The notes: a model not told the origin generated them from the sequence alone. DNA of 64,000 bases from Magallana gigas (GCF_963853765.1 NC_088860.1:21638001-21702000), one strand, 5' to 3'. Shown: positions 1-21,700, numbered from the stretch's first letter. Translations and numbers: made by a program.

Positions 1-84
1 CCATGAAATTATGTCCCCATGAATCAGCGAAAATTTGACAATCAACAAAAATTGGCCCCCGCAAAATTTATTGATTCCACAGTA
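1..84. mobile_element. Right end of a TA-flanked MITE (truncated by window edge)
   Basis: Ends in ...TTGATTCCACAGTA, the same CAGTA-type terminus as other TA-flanked MITEs in this window. The partner terminus is outside the window. Confidence 0.35.
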
Positions 85-174
85 TTTTAGATTGATAGCA
101 TCATAAGAAGTCGTCTCAATAGGGTTTGCTAGGCAGCTATGTGTGAGGGATAAGAAATTTTGATGAACATATTA

Positions 175-261
175 CACAGGCGCTTGTTTCATACAGGAGG
201 TCTATTAACTATACATATTGTGTATAGTTAATAGACCTCCTGTATGAAACAAGCGCCTGTG
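175..261. mobile_element. 87-bp perfect fold-back mini-element with 8-bp target-site duplication
   Basis: 41-bp arm 175-215 (CACAGGCGCTTGTTTCATACAGGAGGTCTATTAACTATACA) is the exact reverse complement of 221-261, with a 5-nt loop TATTG. Flanked by direct repeat ACATATTA at 167-174 and 262-269. Confidence 0.8.
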
Positions 262-313
262 ACATATTACTGGTAATCTTGATGATCACACAATCAGTTT
301 TTGTTTACTTTAG

Positions 314-8140
<7,827 letters not shown>

Positions 8141-9644
8141 ACTCGTCACAAAAACTCTACCATGTGTTCCCAGAGAGTGGATGTCTGTGATGGAAGATGG
8201 AGATCTGTCCTGATTTTTGTTGTTTTCGTTAAAATGAAGAGTGTGATATTTCTAAATGATTAAAGTGCTTTATGTGTATGCGAGATTTCATGTGTATATG
8301 TACAGAAACATGCATGAGCTTAGATTTTGCTAATTTATTTACTGTTTTCATATTTTCCACATTTTTTTGTTTTTGTAGAAGTTGATATCTCATTTATCTG
8401 GTTTCTGTCAGGAAAATCCTTGGTCTGTCTCTTTGTGAATTAAACAATCTTTTAAACATATATCTATTGGGTAAAGTGAAAACATGCATTGTTTGGTGCA
8501 AAAAAGTGATTAATTCCAGAGTTATATTTTTAATATCCGTCCAGAAAAAGTGGTTGTATATTTTTTTTATATGATATTTTACTATATCTACATGAACATT
8601 CCTGTGTACACATTATTTGGAAACTGCTGTATATTGTTTCTGTTGTGTGTATATGCAACATGGAGATTCCATTACTTAAAAGGTTTGTGATATAACTGAT
8701 ATTTTGCCAATCTTTCATTCAATGAATATGCAATTGGTTTATTCAATAGACCAAATTGATTTATTGCTGTATGCTATATAATGAATGCTTTTTATATTAT
8801 TTTCACATTCTTGTAGTACAGCCTAATTCATAATGATTTGTTCTTGTTTGTTTACAAGTTGCATAATTTTCAAGTTCAATTAATTGAAAATGACTTTAAG
8901 GATTGGTTGGAATATGAAATGTAAACTTACTTCAATTATTTGTTTGTTTTGAGTGAATAAAATGCACAAAAATTGCATATTTGTTGTATTTTAATAGAAA
9001 TATGATGTGGGTCTCAGAAAATAGTTGCAGTACAAAAACTGGTAAATGCTCTTCTACAATATGCCTAAAAAGTTTATTGTAGAGTAGTCCAAATACAAGT
9101 CTAATTTTAATTAATGCCAAAGAAATTAGACTGCTCTGCCTATGCATGTACCAACAATTAACTTGATAAGAGAACTCTTTTCATGTGCTCGTACATATTC
9201 AGTTACTGATGCAATATCACTTGGTGAGCTCATCTATATCTTGGTACTTGATAATATCTGTTTATTATTTTAGATGTGATATATAATGATACAGTTTTGT
9301 TTTGCCTCGTTCATGCAATGTTGGGATTTGGGTTGGGAATGGAGTTAAAACTGTCATAAAATTCTTGTATCGGTATATATGGGTTATAGACCTTCAGTGC
9401 ATTTTTTTTTCTTTTTTCTTAAAACTAATCTTGAATGTAATAGCTATTATAAGGATAAAGCTTTGGAGACTAATTTTTATATTTGCCATACCCAAAAATC
9501 CTATTCTTTTTACTATTTTGAGTTTGAAGCAACTTATATTGAAACTGTATCATTGGTGAAGTAATTTCATTGTAGGATAATGTGTGTAATAAACACGTTG
9601 TAAAAAACATGTTTTTTTTTTCAAAATAGAACACAGGCAATATC

Positions 9645-9737
9645 AAAAGGGGTGGGGCTTCTACGAATAACTCCTTGATCGACTTATCTAATAAAAGCGC
9701 CATCTATCGGTTCGCGCCATAATACAAAAATGGCGCC
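9645..9737 (+). promoter_or_regulatory. POLA1 proximal promoter with E2F-, CTCF- and YY1-like motifs
   Basis: CpG-enriched patch before the ATG at 9730: GGGGTGGGGC box, GCGCCATCTATCGG (9697-9710, CTCF-like), TTCGCGCC (9711-9718, E2F-like), and AAAATGGCG over the start codon (YY1-like). POLA1 is a known E2F target in other animals; binding here is inferred. Confidence 0.55.
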
Positions 9738-12700
9738 AGCACCCGAAAAGGACGATGGAACAAACGATCAAGATGATGTGCAAGGTTTGCAAATTAATTA
9801 ACTTGAATATTTTCTTAATGTGTGATTTAGATACTTCTATGATTAATAAACCATCTCAGTGAAACGATCTCGATTTTTTAGTATGTTTACGATAAATATG
9901 CAAATGTGTACAGATTTTAAGTGGGGAATGAAAACAAAAAAAATAAACATTTGTTTTTGTTTGTAGTAGAGCAGGGATTGGCGAAATCTCGCTCTCGTAG
10001 GGAGAAAAGGGATAGAGGAGGACGATCTGCAGCATTGGAAAGGTTAAAGAAAGTAAAAGAGACAGGAGAGAAACACAAATACGATGTAAGTGAAGGAAGT
10101 ATGTTGCGCCGATATTGTATATATAATGAAAAAATATTTGTTGATTTTCTAGGAAACGTTTAAGTATAATGGAATCTAAGTGGCAGTGTCATCAGTGATT
10201 GATGGTGGCAGCAATCTGGTAGAAGCAGAGGTAGCGCACCTAGACGGTCAAGAATGTCCTAATGAAAACCTTCTGTGTCTGTCATAGTTTGTTGTGGGTT
10301 TTTTATGTAATTTTTTAGTTCTTAAAACTCTGGACTAATTTTACTCAGCACATTCCCTAAACATGACAAAACATTCCTGGGGAAGGCTATGACATTTATG
10401 TTCTTAAACCCTGGCATGCAAATACAAAAAACAAAGACTTCTCTGACAATTTTGATTGACTTTCATGTCGACAGGGACCTTTATCATTATGAAGGAGAAG
10501 TGCCTGAGTCCATGCCAATTCTAAACAGAATTCTCTGACACCACTTGATTAACTTATTTTTCCATCTGTTATATAATTTTGTTTGAATGATTGCGAAGAT
10601 GCTAGCATGCAGCCCTATCTGGAAAATATCAATCCACATGGTGTTGGTCATTGATTTGCATATCAATGACCAGACTTTTATTACACCTACCCAAAGAAAT
10701 CAAACTCTTTTAACGCAGTATGATTCATATTTAAGATCACTGTTACAGGTGGAAGAGGAAAAGAATGTGTATGACATTGTTAATGAAGACGAGTATTCAG
10801 AGATAGTGCGGCAACGCCAGGATGATGACTGGATTGTGGATGATGGTGAGTTTTATCTTAATTCATACAAGCATTAGCCATGTTACAAATCTTTGAAAGC
10901 ATGTGGTTTTCTTAGTTGCCAGCTCAGTAGATTTTGTATTTTTAATCAATACGTGAGCTGCACAACGCAAAGTTTCTAATTAGCTGGTCGATCCAAAGGA
11001 GTGTAGGTGTTCTGTTTATGTAGGCCACTTAGTTTTCTGCAGCATTTTCTGTTTACTCTTGAAATTTTTTTGGCAAATTTGCTTCTGTATGTAACCCTAA
11101 AGTTCCAAAATGTGTACTTAATGGGTGGCCATATTTTTGTCATCAGATTTAAGCATTACGTCATGTTGAGTTTTTAAAAATTTGATTAAGTAATTGCAGA
11201 AACCATTAAATAAATAAGTATTTAAGGATAAATATAAACACAATGATAGAAGGGGTTTTCCTTAACGTGCCTGTATACATTGTCTTTGACAGATGGGGCT
11301 GGTTATGTGGAGGATGGCCGTGAAATCTTTGATGATGACCTCAGTGAGGAGCCAGGAGCCAACAAAGGAAGTAAGACAAAGAGTCATTCGGCGTAACTTA
11401 AACACACTGAATTTTCTACTGCTGCACTGGAAAATTATTTTCATTTAAAAATTTTATTTTTTCTTGTAGAGAAAGAGGAGAAGAAGAAAAGTAAAAATCC
11501 CAACATTGTGCGTCCTGGATCCAAACCCAAAACCACCATCAAGTCTATGTTTGCTGCCCAGTCCTCCACAGGGGGATCGAAGCTAAAGTCTGAGGTATAG
11601 GAATCTGTTATACAGTAATTGTTGGATTAGAGTATAAAATGAAAAAAAAAATGTGTGATTTTGAGTAAAGGATATAAGACGCAAGTCATAAAAAACATTC
11701 AGACAGGTGAGCATCAGCTATTTATAGTTTCTAAACTGCATGCTTGGTATCAATTTTCAGAAAGATGTTTCATTGGCTAATGATGATTTGCTGGGAGATC
11801 TGATGGAGGAACTTCATCAGGGGCCCGCTGATGGCATGATGAAACCGTTACCCATCAAGCTGAAGAAGAAAGGATTCAGTGCCACCAAGTCAGTTTTGAA
11901 TGTTTGATGTTAAAACTACTTTGAATCTGTTTGATTAAATTGCATAGCGTATTTGTCGGACATTGTACAAGAATTTTACATATTTTAGATTTTAGATGTT
12001 CAGTTACTCATTCTGTTAAAAAAAAAAACCCATACAAATTCACTTCTCATTTTGCTCAATTTCTGTAGTATTCAACTTCTTTAAAAAAAAAAAAAAAAAC
12101 AACTTACAGAATAGCTTTAATTTTGCTCCATTCATGTAGATCTCCCTTGAATCCATTCAACACCAACATACCATCATCAGGAGCACAGCCTGTGAAAAAG
12201 AAACCAATAATCAAGACAGAGCCACGAGCAGTCCCCATCAAGTTGGAACCTCGTTCTCTACCGAGACCCAACATCCCTGACCCTGAGGACAATTTTGATG
12301 AGGTAGATGGAATTGACATGGGGATGGGACCAGCAGTGAAGCAAGAAATTGTCGAGGACCTCCCACAGTCATCTGAATGTCAAGGTATGACCTCTGTAAA
12401 GTCAATTATGGTTAAGATGTTGTGAAGTGAAACAAAGAACTGTTAAGATCAGACTTGCAATTTTTAAATTTTTAATCTTAATTCCTAATAAACTGTATTT
12501 TTATATAGACAGGCACAATTATTTAAAATTGCACAGAAGTAGAATGTTTTCTAACGTGTTTGGACATTGTGTTATTAAGTATATTTACAAGGTAAAAATT
12601 CAATTTTGAAGATGAAGCAGCCATGATGGATCTGAATGATGTAGACTTTGATGAGGATCTTGGTATCAAGAAAGAAGAAACTAATGAGAAATTGGTCAAA

Positions 12701-15700
12701 CCAAAAAAGGAAATATCCATGTGAGTAAAAGCTGTATGCACATTGCCAATTAGTGAAGAATTGAATTACATGTACTTATGATTTTACAATTTTCACATTT
12801 TCAGTCCATTTGAAACACTGTCTACAGGATGGGAGAAATATCAAAATGACTCTCAGGAGGAATCTGTGGCAGAGGTCAAAGTTGACACATCAGAGCTGCC
12901 ATTGGTTACTTCATCTAATGGGGAACAAGTCCTGCGATTCTATTGGCTGGATGCTTATGAAGATCCATATAGCAGTCCAGGTATTTGTACTGTACAGTTT
13001 ATATGGAAAATAAGGAGATGAATGTAATGATAAAGCAGATGTGCATTTGTAAGTCAGACGGTAAATTTAGAAATGTATATTTCCATGTATTGTAATTTTT
13101 CAGGCACTGTTTACTTATTTGGAAAGGTTTGGATAGAGAAAGCCAAAGTCTATGTGAGCTGTTGTGTGACTGTGAAGAATATAGAGAGGAGAATATATGT
13201 ACTTCCCAGATCAACAGTAGGTGTTTCTAGATTTCAGATTTATTTCACATGTAAGATAAGGTAAAAAAAAAAAATGTGCTGAGAGATCTGGCTTTCTCTT
13301 TTATAGCTTTGATTTTTCTTATGATCCTGTATAATGTTAATTTTGTCGCCATCATTACCACATGTATACGCTGAACATTGTAATTTTAGGTTATCTTGTT
13401 CTTAAGATTTCCATAGATTAGCATGAAAGTTTTTAAAAACTTTATAAACTTGTAAGTTGTAACGAAGTTTGAAAGTTTGGTATAAAAAGTATTTTAAGAG
13501 TGATGATAAAAATAACAGTTTTGCAATTGCTTTTTGTTCACTGATGTGCATGCACATGAATTTTCTTGATTCTTACAGAGAAAGAACTTGAAGTCTGGCT
13601 CTGACACTGGGATAGATGTCACCATGGTTGATGTGTACTCTGAGTTCAATGAGAAAATAGCGGAAAAGTTCAAGATACCAAAGTTCAAGTCCAAGGTAAT
13701 GGAGAGCTTTAGTTATTGATGCAAAGATGTGCTATGATCAATATAATTAACTGCTTCAAGAACTTGTATTAGACAGTGTAAATGTGCATTTTGTAGAAAG
13801 TCACCAAGCAGTATGCGTTCGAGAAGGTTGATGTTCCAGTGGAGTCTGATTATTTAGAGATCAGGTTTGGGGTAAATATCAGATGTTATTAAGCCTCCTG
13901 GGGAAAACTGTTTTTACCTATAATACTTTAGATATTAAAATTACTAAAAATGTACTGATTTTTAATACAGGCAGAGATTCCACCATTACCCAGGGATTTA
14001 GAAGGAGAGACGTTCAGTCATGTATTTGGCACTCACACATCATGGTGAGATCAGGAATTTTGAATACCAAACCTATATATTTACATGAATTGATGTGAAA
14101 TTGAAAGTGTAAAAGAAGCCTGCATAAATAGAATGCATGTACATTATGAACTTTCTTGTGAATTTTGAGGAGGGAGAATATTATATGTGATATTGTATTT
14201 CAGTTTGGAGCTTTTGCTTATTGATTCCAAAATGAAAGGACCTGGATGGTTGGACATTAAGCTTCCTCGTGAGTTAACATCGGAATAAGCAATATGTTTA
14301 TAAATAGCTTGACATTGGAAAGTATGTTTTTTGAGACAAGTTTGTTTTATCCAACTTGACCTGACATCTACCTTTTCATTGTAGAGATAGTAAACCCCCA
14401 AGTCAGCTGGTGTAAAATAGAGGTAGCTAAAAAATATTTATCGAAAGTAAAATTGACAATGTACATGAAATATGTATCTGTATAATTACATTGTACATGT
14501 AACATTTGGTATATCTAAATGTGTGTTTACATAAAATTGATTGATAGGTCAGCATCAGTAAGCCAGAGTTGTTGTCAGTTGTTAGTGACCAGCAGCTGAC
14601 CCCGCCTCCTCTTGTCGTCATGACGTTAAACCTTAGGACCCTCCCCAACCACAAAAATCATCAAAATGAAGTAAGTACAAGAAAAGATAGCAGCCCCATC
14701 ATCACCAAAATTTTCACATCACTCAACTCGGTCCTCAACTCAAATCTTTAAAAGAAAAGTATATAAGTTTGAGGACAAAACTCAGACTTGAGTCTGAGCA
14801 ATGACTTCAGGAAAGTTGGTGACAGCAGGGATTGTTCACTTATGTAAACATGTAAATGGTGTTTCGATAGATACAGACTTCTTTATATTGTGCTCTTTGC
14901 GACCTAGAAAAAAACTTATAAAGTATCTAAAAATTTGAGATACAGGGGTTAAAATTCATAAAGTAACAGTGATTGGGACTTTCAACTCCCTTTGACATAC
15001 CCATGATATTCAGTATGTTGATGTAAGAGATATTCAAAGTTCAATTTTATGAGCCAAAAATCCATCCTGTACATACATTAGTTATACCAAAGTCTCTAAA
15101 AGAGGTCAGAGGAAGGTAAATGGAAACATGATCTCAGAAATTGCGAATAACCATGAAGTAATTCTGTGTTTCAGATTGTAGCAGCCACCTGTCTTGTCCA
15201 GGAATCTTTCAGTATCGATAAACCTGCACCAAAAAACCCATTCCAACAACATTTCTGTGGTAACTTATGTTGATATTGTTGTATTTTTATGTACAATGAT
15301 GATTCTTTTATGGTATACATGTGTAAATTAGAATGGGACAATTATGCTGCATCTTAAAATCAACAGATAATATCTTAAATTTGATCATAGTTCCACCTTG
15401 ATGCATATTTTTACCTACACTTAGTTGTTAAATAAAAAATCTTATCTTCACAAAATTGTCATCTTTACATAATTGAATAATTTTGCTTTTTTTTTTTTTT
15501 CTGTTTTTTGTTATTTGAGTTATTGCCTAATACTTTAATATTAAAGATTATTTGTTTCAGTTTTAACAAAACCCAGTGATAGTCTTTTTCCATTTGACTT
15601 TCGAGAGAAGCTTCAAAAAGAGGTATGTCCTGAATAAAAAAAGAATTGATCTGCTGTATAAAAAAAAATACTCTTATGATTATCTGGATATAATATTTAA

Positions 15701-18700
15701 TTTTGCTGTTTAAAAAAAATGCTTTTCTTGTACTGTTTGAAGGGAAAGAAATTACGGGTTGAAATGCTTCCCAATGAAAGAGCCTTAATGGGATTCCTTT
15801 TGGCCAAGATTCATAAATTAGACCCAGATGTCATTGTAGTAAGTTTCTTGAAATACAATAACCTCTTTTTGTGTGACTTTTCTTAGAATTTGAATAATGT
15901 ACTTTGATATGAGACTTTTACATGTATTTCACAGGGGTGAATTTTCAGAATTTTGTCATGCCAGAATCTTTTTATTATAGGGACATGACATCTTTGGATT
16001 TGATTTAGATTTAATCCTCCACAGAATAAATGCCAACAAAGTTCCTCACTGGTCAAAAATTGGGAGACTCAAAAGAACCAAAATGCCAAAATTATCAGTA
16101 AGGAAGATTTGTGGATACGCTTTAGTGTAAAAAAAATTCCTTCTTCTATTGCATAGAATGCCTCCTCCCATGCAGTATCCTTACATTGTGAATGATTTAG
16201 AATATGTGTGTGTGATATACACGGTAGTACATAAGGCAAAATAATAGGTGATTTATTCACAGCTATATTACATCACATGCTACTGCATTAATTACTTTTA
16301 TTACAATTTTGAGAAGGGAATATCTTGATTATTAAAGCTAGCAAAAAAAAACCTGTAAAAGAATTATTCCCCTGCTCAAATCTTGCAATAAAAGAAAATC
16401 CCTACCTGCTGCATGGAATTACATTTGGAAAAATTGTGCCTGTGAAACTAAAGATTTTTTTCCACTATAACTTCATTTAACGGTACTTACATGAAATGTT
16501 TAAATAGGGACCCGGTCACAGAGGGTTTGCTGATAAAACAGCAGCCTGTGGGCGACTTGTGTGTGACATTAAATTGTCGGCCAAGGAACTCATCAGATCC
16601 CGGAGTTACGACCTCACGGAACTAGCCAATGTCATACTGAAGTCCAAGAGGCTGGAGTTAGACTATGATCAGATACGCAACATGTACATGTAAGAACCAA
16701 TCATTATACCTCAAAACTCTTTCTTCTTTGACTGCTACATGTAATTATACCCCCGCTCCGAAGGAGAGGGGGTATACTGTTTTACCCTTGTGTGTCTGTC
16801 TGTCTGTCCGTCCGTCTGTCTGTCCGTCCGTAACAAAAATTTCTGTCGCATTTATCTCAGCAACTATTTATCGCAGATGCTTGAAATTTTAACACAGTGT
16901 TTGTTAAGGCATGCCATATCGTGGGATATATTTTTGTACCAATCGGACGTCAACTTCCTGTAAAATGACGACTTTGCTTATTTTTTAACCAAAATTTTCA
17001 AACAAATTTTCGTCAAAGATTTCTCAGCAACTGTTTATCGCAGATGCTTGAAATTTTTACACAATATTTGTATAGGCATGCCATATCGTGGGATATATTT
17101 TTGTACCAATCAGACGTCAACTTCCTGTTAAATGACGACATTGTTTATTTTTAGCAAAAATTTTCAAACAAATTTCCGTCAAAGAATTCTCAGCAACTAT
17201 TTATCGCAGATGCTTGAAATTTTTACACAGTATTTGTATAGGCATGCTTTATCATGGGATGTATTTTTGTACCAATCAGACGTCAACTTCCTGTTAAATG
17301 ACGACTGTTTATTTTTTGCCAAAATTTTCAAACAAATTTCCGTCAAAGAATTCTCAGCAACTATTTATCGGAGATGCTTTAAATTTTAACACACTATTTG
17401 TTTAGGCATGCCATATTGTGGGATATATTTTTGTACCAATCGGACGTCATCTTTCTGTTAAATGAGTACTTTGTTTATTTTAGCCTAAATTTTCAAACAA
17501 ATTTTCCTCAAAGATTTCTCAGCAGCTATTTATCGCAGATGCTTGAAATTTTAACACACTATTTGTTTAGGCATGCCATATTGTGGGATATATTTCTGTA
17601 CCAATCGAATGCCAGCTTTCTGTTAAATGTCGACTTTGCTTATTTTGCATATTCACATCAGTGCGGGGGTATCACTAGTGAGCATTGGCTCACAGATATC
17701 TTGTTTCTTCTGTTTTGGTATTGTATATCTGAAATATGGTGATGTGATTTTGTATATGATTTTAGGTCATCACAACAGTTACTTCAGTTACTCGAGTTAA
17801 CGTTGATGGATTCTACATACATTTTGCGAATTCTGTACGAGTTAAATGTTCTTCCATTGGCTCTTCAGATTACCAGCATCTGTGGAAATGTGATGGTAAG
17901 CAAATCTCTTTTAAAAGATCTTGTTTTATATCATACTTGTTTTGTATGAAATCGCTCAGATACATGTAGTAAGATTCTGTGTATATTGTGACTTAAAAAG
18001 TTTATTTTATCTAAAGACAAGAACGTTACTTGGAGGGCGGTCAGAGAGAAATGAGTATCTACTGCTGCATGCCTTTACAGAGAAAAATTTCATCGTTCCA
18101 GATAAAGAGTACAAAAAGACGGTAGTGGTAAGTTTGTTCTGAGAAATATATGTATGTGTAATTGGATATATCTATTGATTGTTTCCCCCGTATTGTCCAT
18201 TGATGTAGTTGAAAGTCTTGTTTTTAAGTTATTTTGATATCTTATATCATGAAGTGGCATTACTTAATAATTACAGTATTTACCATGCTAATGAACACTT
18301 CCAATTCATAGTTAGTAAAAATTTTGATAAAAATTTACATGTACAATTATGTGCTTAATGAAACTGATTTGAATGACTAAACAGAAAGAGGCAATAGATG
18401 ATGACGAAGCAGAGGATGGTGGGAAGGGAGGTAAATCCAGCGGCCGACGGAAACCTGCCTATGCTGGGGGTCTTGTTTTGGATCCCAAGAAAGGTACGAA
18501 CACAAAAAAGTTCTAGTTATTATCGATTTGATCATTAAGCATCTTTAAAGTAATGACAGATACCTTGTTTTAACATGTATGAATAATGAGACTTTGGCTC
18601 TGTTGTAGGATTCTATGACAAGTATATTTTGTTGCTGGACTTTAACAGTCTTTACCCCTCCATTATACAAGAGTACAACATCTGTTTTACCACAGTTAGC

Positions 18701-21700
18701 AGAAACGCTGTACAACAGGTAGGGATTGTCATAGAACTTAAGATATTGTCAGATATTTCCATCTCATGCATTTCTGATTTACATTTACTACAGTACTGAT
18801 CAGACCCAACCTGACAGAAAGTAAACCCCTGGGCTTCAGGGTTGGCAAAAAAGCGGGAAATACTCATATTTCCCAGGACGGTGGGAAATACTGGTAATTC
18901 CCGGGAATTACTGGTATTTCCTGGGAAATACTGGGAAATAAAGTACAACTACATATTATAGTACTTCATACTTAAGACATTAGTCTTAATTAAATCTGTA
19001 GGGATGTAGACAATAGTACACCTTGTCAGCAATGACATTTTATAATGTTCTTTGATTTTAACAAGTTTTGACTGGTCAGTAATGCATTGGTTATCTCTTA
19101 TGAATACTCAAAACATGGTTCATTCATATACCATTGTAATTTGTTTTTAAGGCTTTAATCAGGTATAGGTGCATCTACACAGTTATCATAAACATGATAT
19201 CAAAGGTTCCATTTTCTGGTTATTTGGTGAATATGAAAATGGGGCAAGCAAATTGTGAAAAAAAAAGTGTGACTGTGTCACTACCTCAGTATGAAACACA
19301 CCTAAGAAGAAGCCAATTAGCCCCACTCATAGTCTATATCTCCCCAAAACAGGAGCACAAAACTGTCAAGTGTAATTATTTATTAAAACAACATGTGTGA
19401 TTATTGAATTTTTACTTGTAACACCTACACTAATTATAACAGTTTATTTTGTGCTTTGAATTATAAATCTGTAAAACACAAAACTTGAGGTTAAAAAAAA
19501 AATGGACTAAAATTTGTACATTAGCAGCTATAGAAATCTTTTGGAATAGGTGATCTGGTGAATTTAAGATTTATAAACTGGCAGTGAAATGGGGAAGTAT
19601 AATAAATTGGTTTTTGATGCTTACTGTTCATATCTTTTATCATAAACATAAGTTTTACATTGAACAAACTAAAGAAATAAAAATTATAAATTTGTATTTC
19701 CCAGTATTTCCCAGTTTAGTGGAAAACAGTAGTATTTACCGGGATGGGAAATACCGGTATTTACCACCGGTAATTCCCAGCACTGGTATTTCCCGGCCAA
19801 CCCTGCTGGGCTTACTTCGGGTTTACTAGAGTGGACCCAGAGAAAACCCAGAATGGACACAGGGTAAACCCTGATCAGAAGTATACCCTTGAGCGCAGAA
19901 GCTACTGTGTATTCAGAATATACAAGAGGCAAGAATTAGAGGCAGTAGGATGATTAGATAAAAGACAGGTCTGCTTCACACTTCAGTGCCTACAGTTGAC
20001 GTCAAAAGCAATATCCAAGTAACCCCAAAGTAAACCTTGAATGGACCCAAATTTTCAAAAAGTGAACCCCAAAAATAAACCTGGGGTTCAGTCGGGGTTT
20101 ACTCTTGTGTTAAGTTGGGTCTGGTTGGTACTTTATTTATTGAACATGTATCGAACAAGAATGCTTTAATCACAGGCATGTCTGATTGATACAAGTACTT
20201 AAAAGTGGTTATTAATGCTGGTGGTTTAGTACATGTTTTCCTTAGTCAAACAGTATGAGTTGGTATTAAATATGCTATTGCGTGATTTACCACTTTAAAG
20301 TTTGTAATGTTGTAAACATGCGCGTGGGGATATTTTACGCAGTTTTAAGCTTACCAGGTATTGTTTAATTTTCCCACTCGTAAATAACCACTTTACAGTA
20401 TATACTATTCATGGTATTTTTCAAAAGTTGCACCAGTATTGAACAAGAGTTTGTTCTGATTAACAGAGTGAAAAAGATGATGAGGAGCCAATAATAGAGC
20501 TACCTGACAAAGACCTGGAGCCTGGCATCCTGCCAACAGAGATCAGAAAACTGGTGGAGAGCAGACGACAGGTCAAACAGCTGATGAAGGGCGACATCTC
20601 AAACGAGCAGTACATGCAGGTGATTAACAATCTGGAGACAGATATAAATTCAGATTGTCTACTCACCTTCACTTTTAACTTATTTTTGATCCCAGAAAGA
20701 AAGTTATATTTTGTTTAATAATTATCCCCGTTTTAGATTGGTTCATTAAAAATTAGGGCAAATGGAGGGAAATATCTCTGTATACACCACTTGCTTGTCT
20801 TTTACATGTCCTTGACTTTATTTTACGACATTTCAGTATGACATCAGACAGAAAGCTCTGAAGCTGACTGCCAACAGTATGTACGGTTGTCTGGGATTTA
20901 GCCACTCCAGGTTCTTTGCCAAACCTTTAGCAGCACTTATTACAGCAAAGGGTAGAGAGGTCAGTGTCAAAAATACAGTATATATAAGATATTGATAAGT
21001 GAGTTACAAAATTGTATTGCATACAAACCATATACATGTAGTTCTTGTAGTTCAATACATGTAAAGGAGCCTGAAATAAATCTTTCATTATTGTTGTGAA
21101 AAAAATCAATGAAAATTTTCATATTTTGCATTTGGAAGATAACATTTATCCAGTTACTCTCTTTTACAGATTTTGATGAAGACGAAAGACTTAGTGCAAT
21201 CTGTAAGTAAGGTTTTAAACATAGAGCATATCAAACTTTTACACTTTTATTTTATTCTAATTGCTTAAGTCCTTTTTCCTCCTTGTTACAGATGAATCTG
21301 GACGTTATCTATGGAGACACAGACTCCATCATGATCAACACTAACTGCAACGACATTGATGCTGTCTATAAAGTCGGCAATAAGGTTAGCTTATACATGG
21401 CTTCTACAATCTTCGAACATTGCATATACATGCACCTCGAAGATCACTGAAGCATACTTACACATGTACATGTAGATCAGGAGAAATGAGAAACACTTTT
21501 GATCGCTAAATTTGATAAAAGACTTTGTCAAAGAGGGACAATTTTACATGATTGATGTAAAGTTTACCTGTACCTGTTTATGTAGATGGAAAGAAAACAT
21601 TGCTATTGGAGATTTCTTACTCTAAGATCTTGTCAAAGAGTGTTGTACTATATTTGACTGAATGTTGACAGGTGAAGTCTGAGGTGAACAAGCTGTACAA

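Noticed and set aside
17132-17742. ORFs 17132-17389 and 17398-17742
   Set aside because: Read-through of the 166-bp array; no protein-like features.
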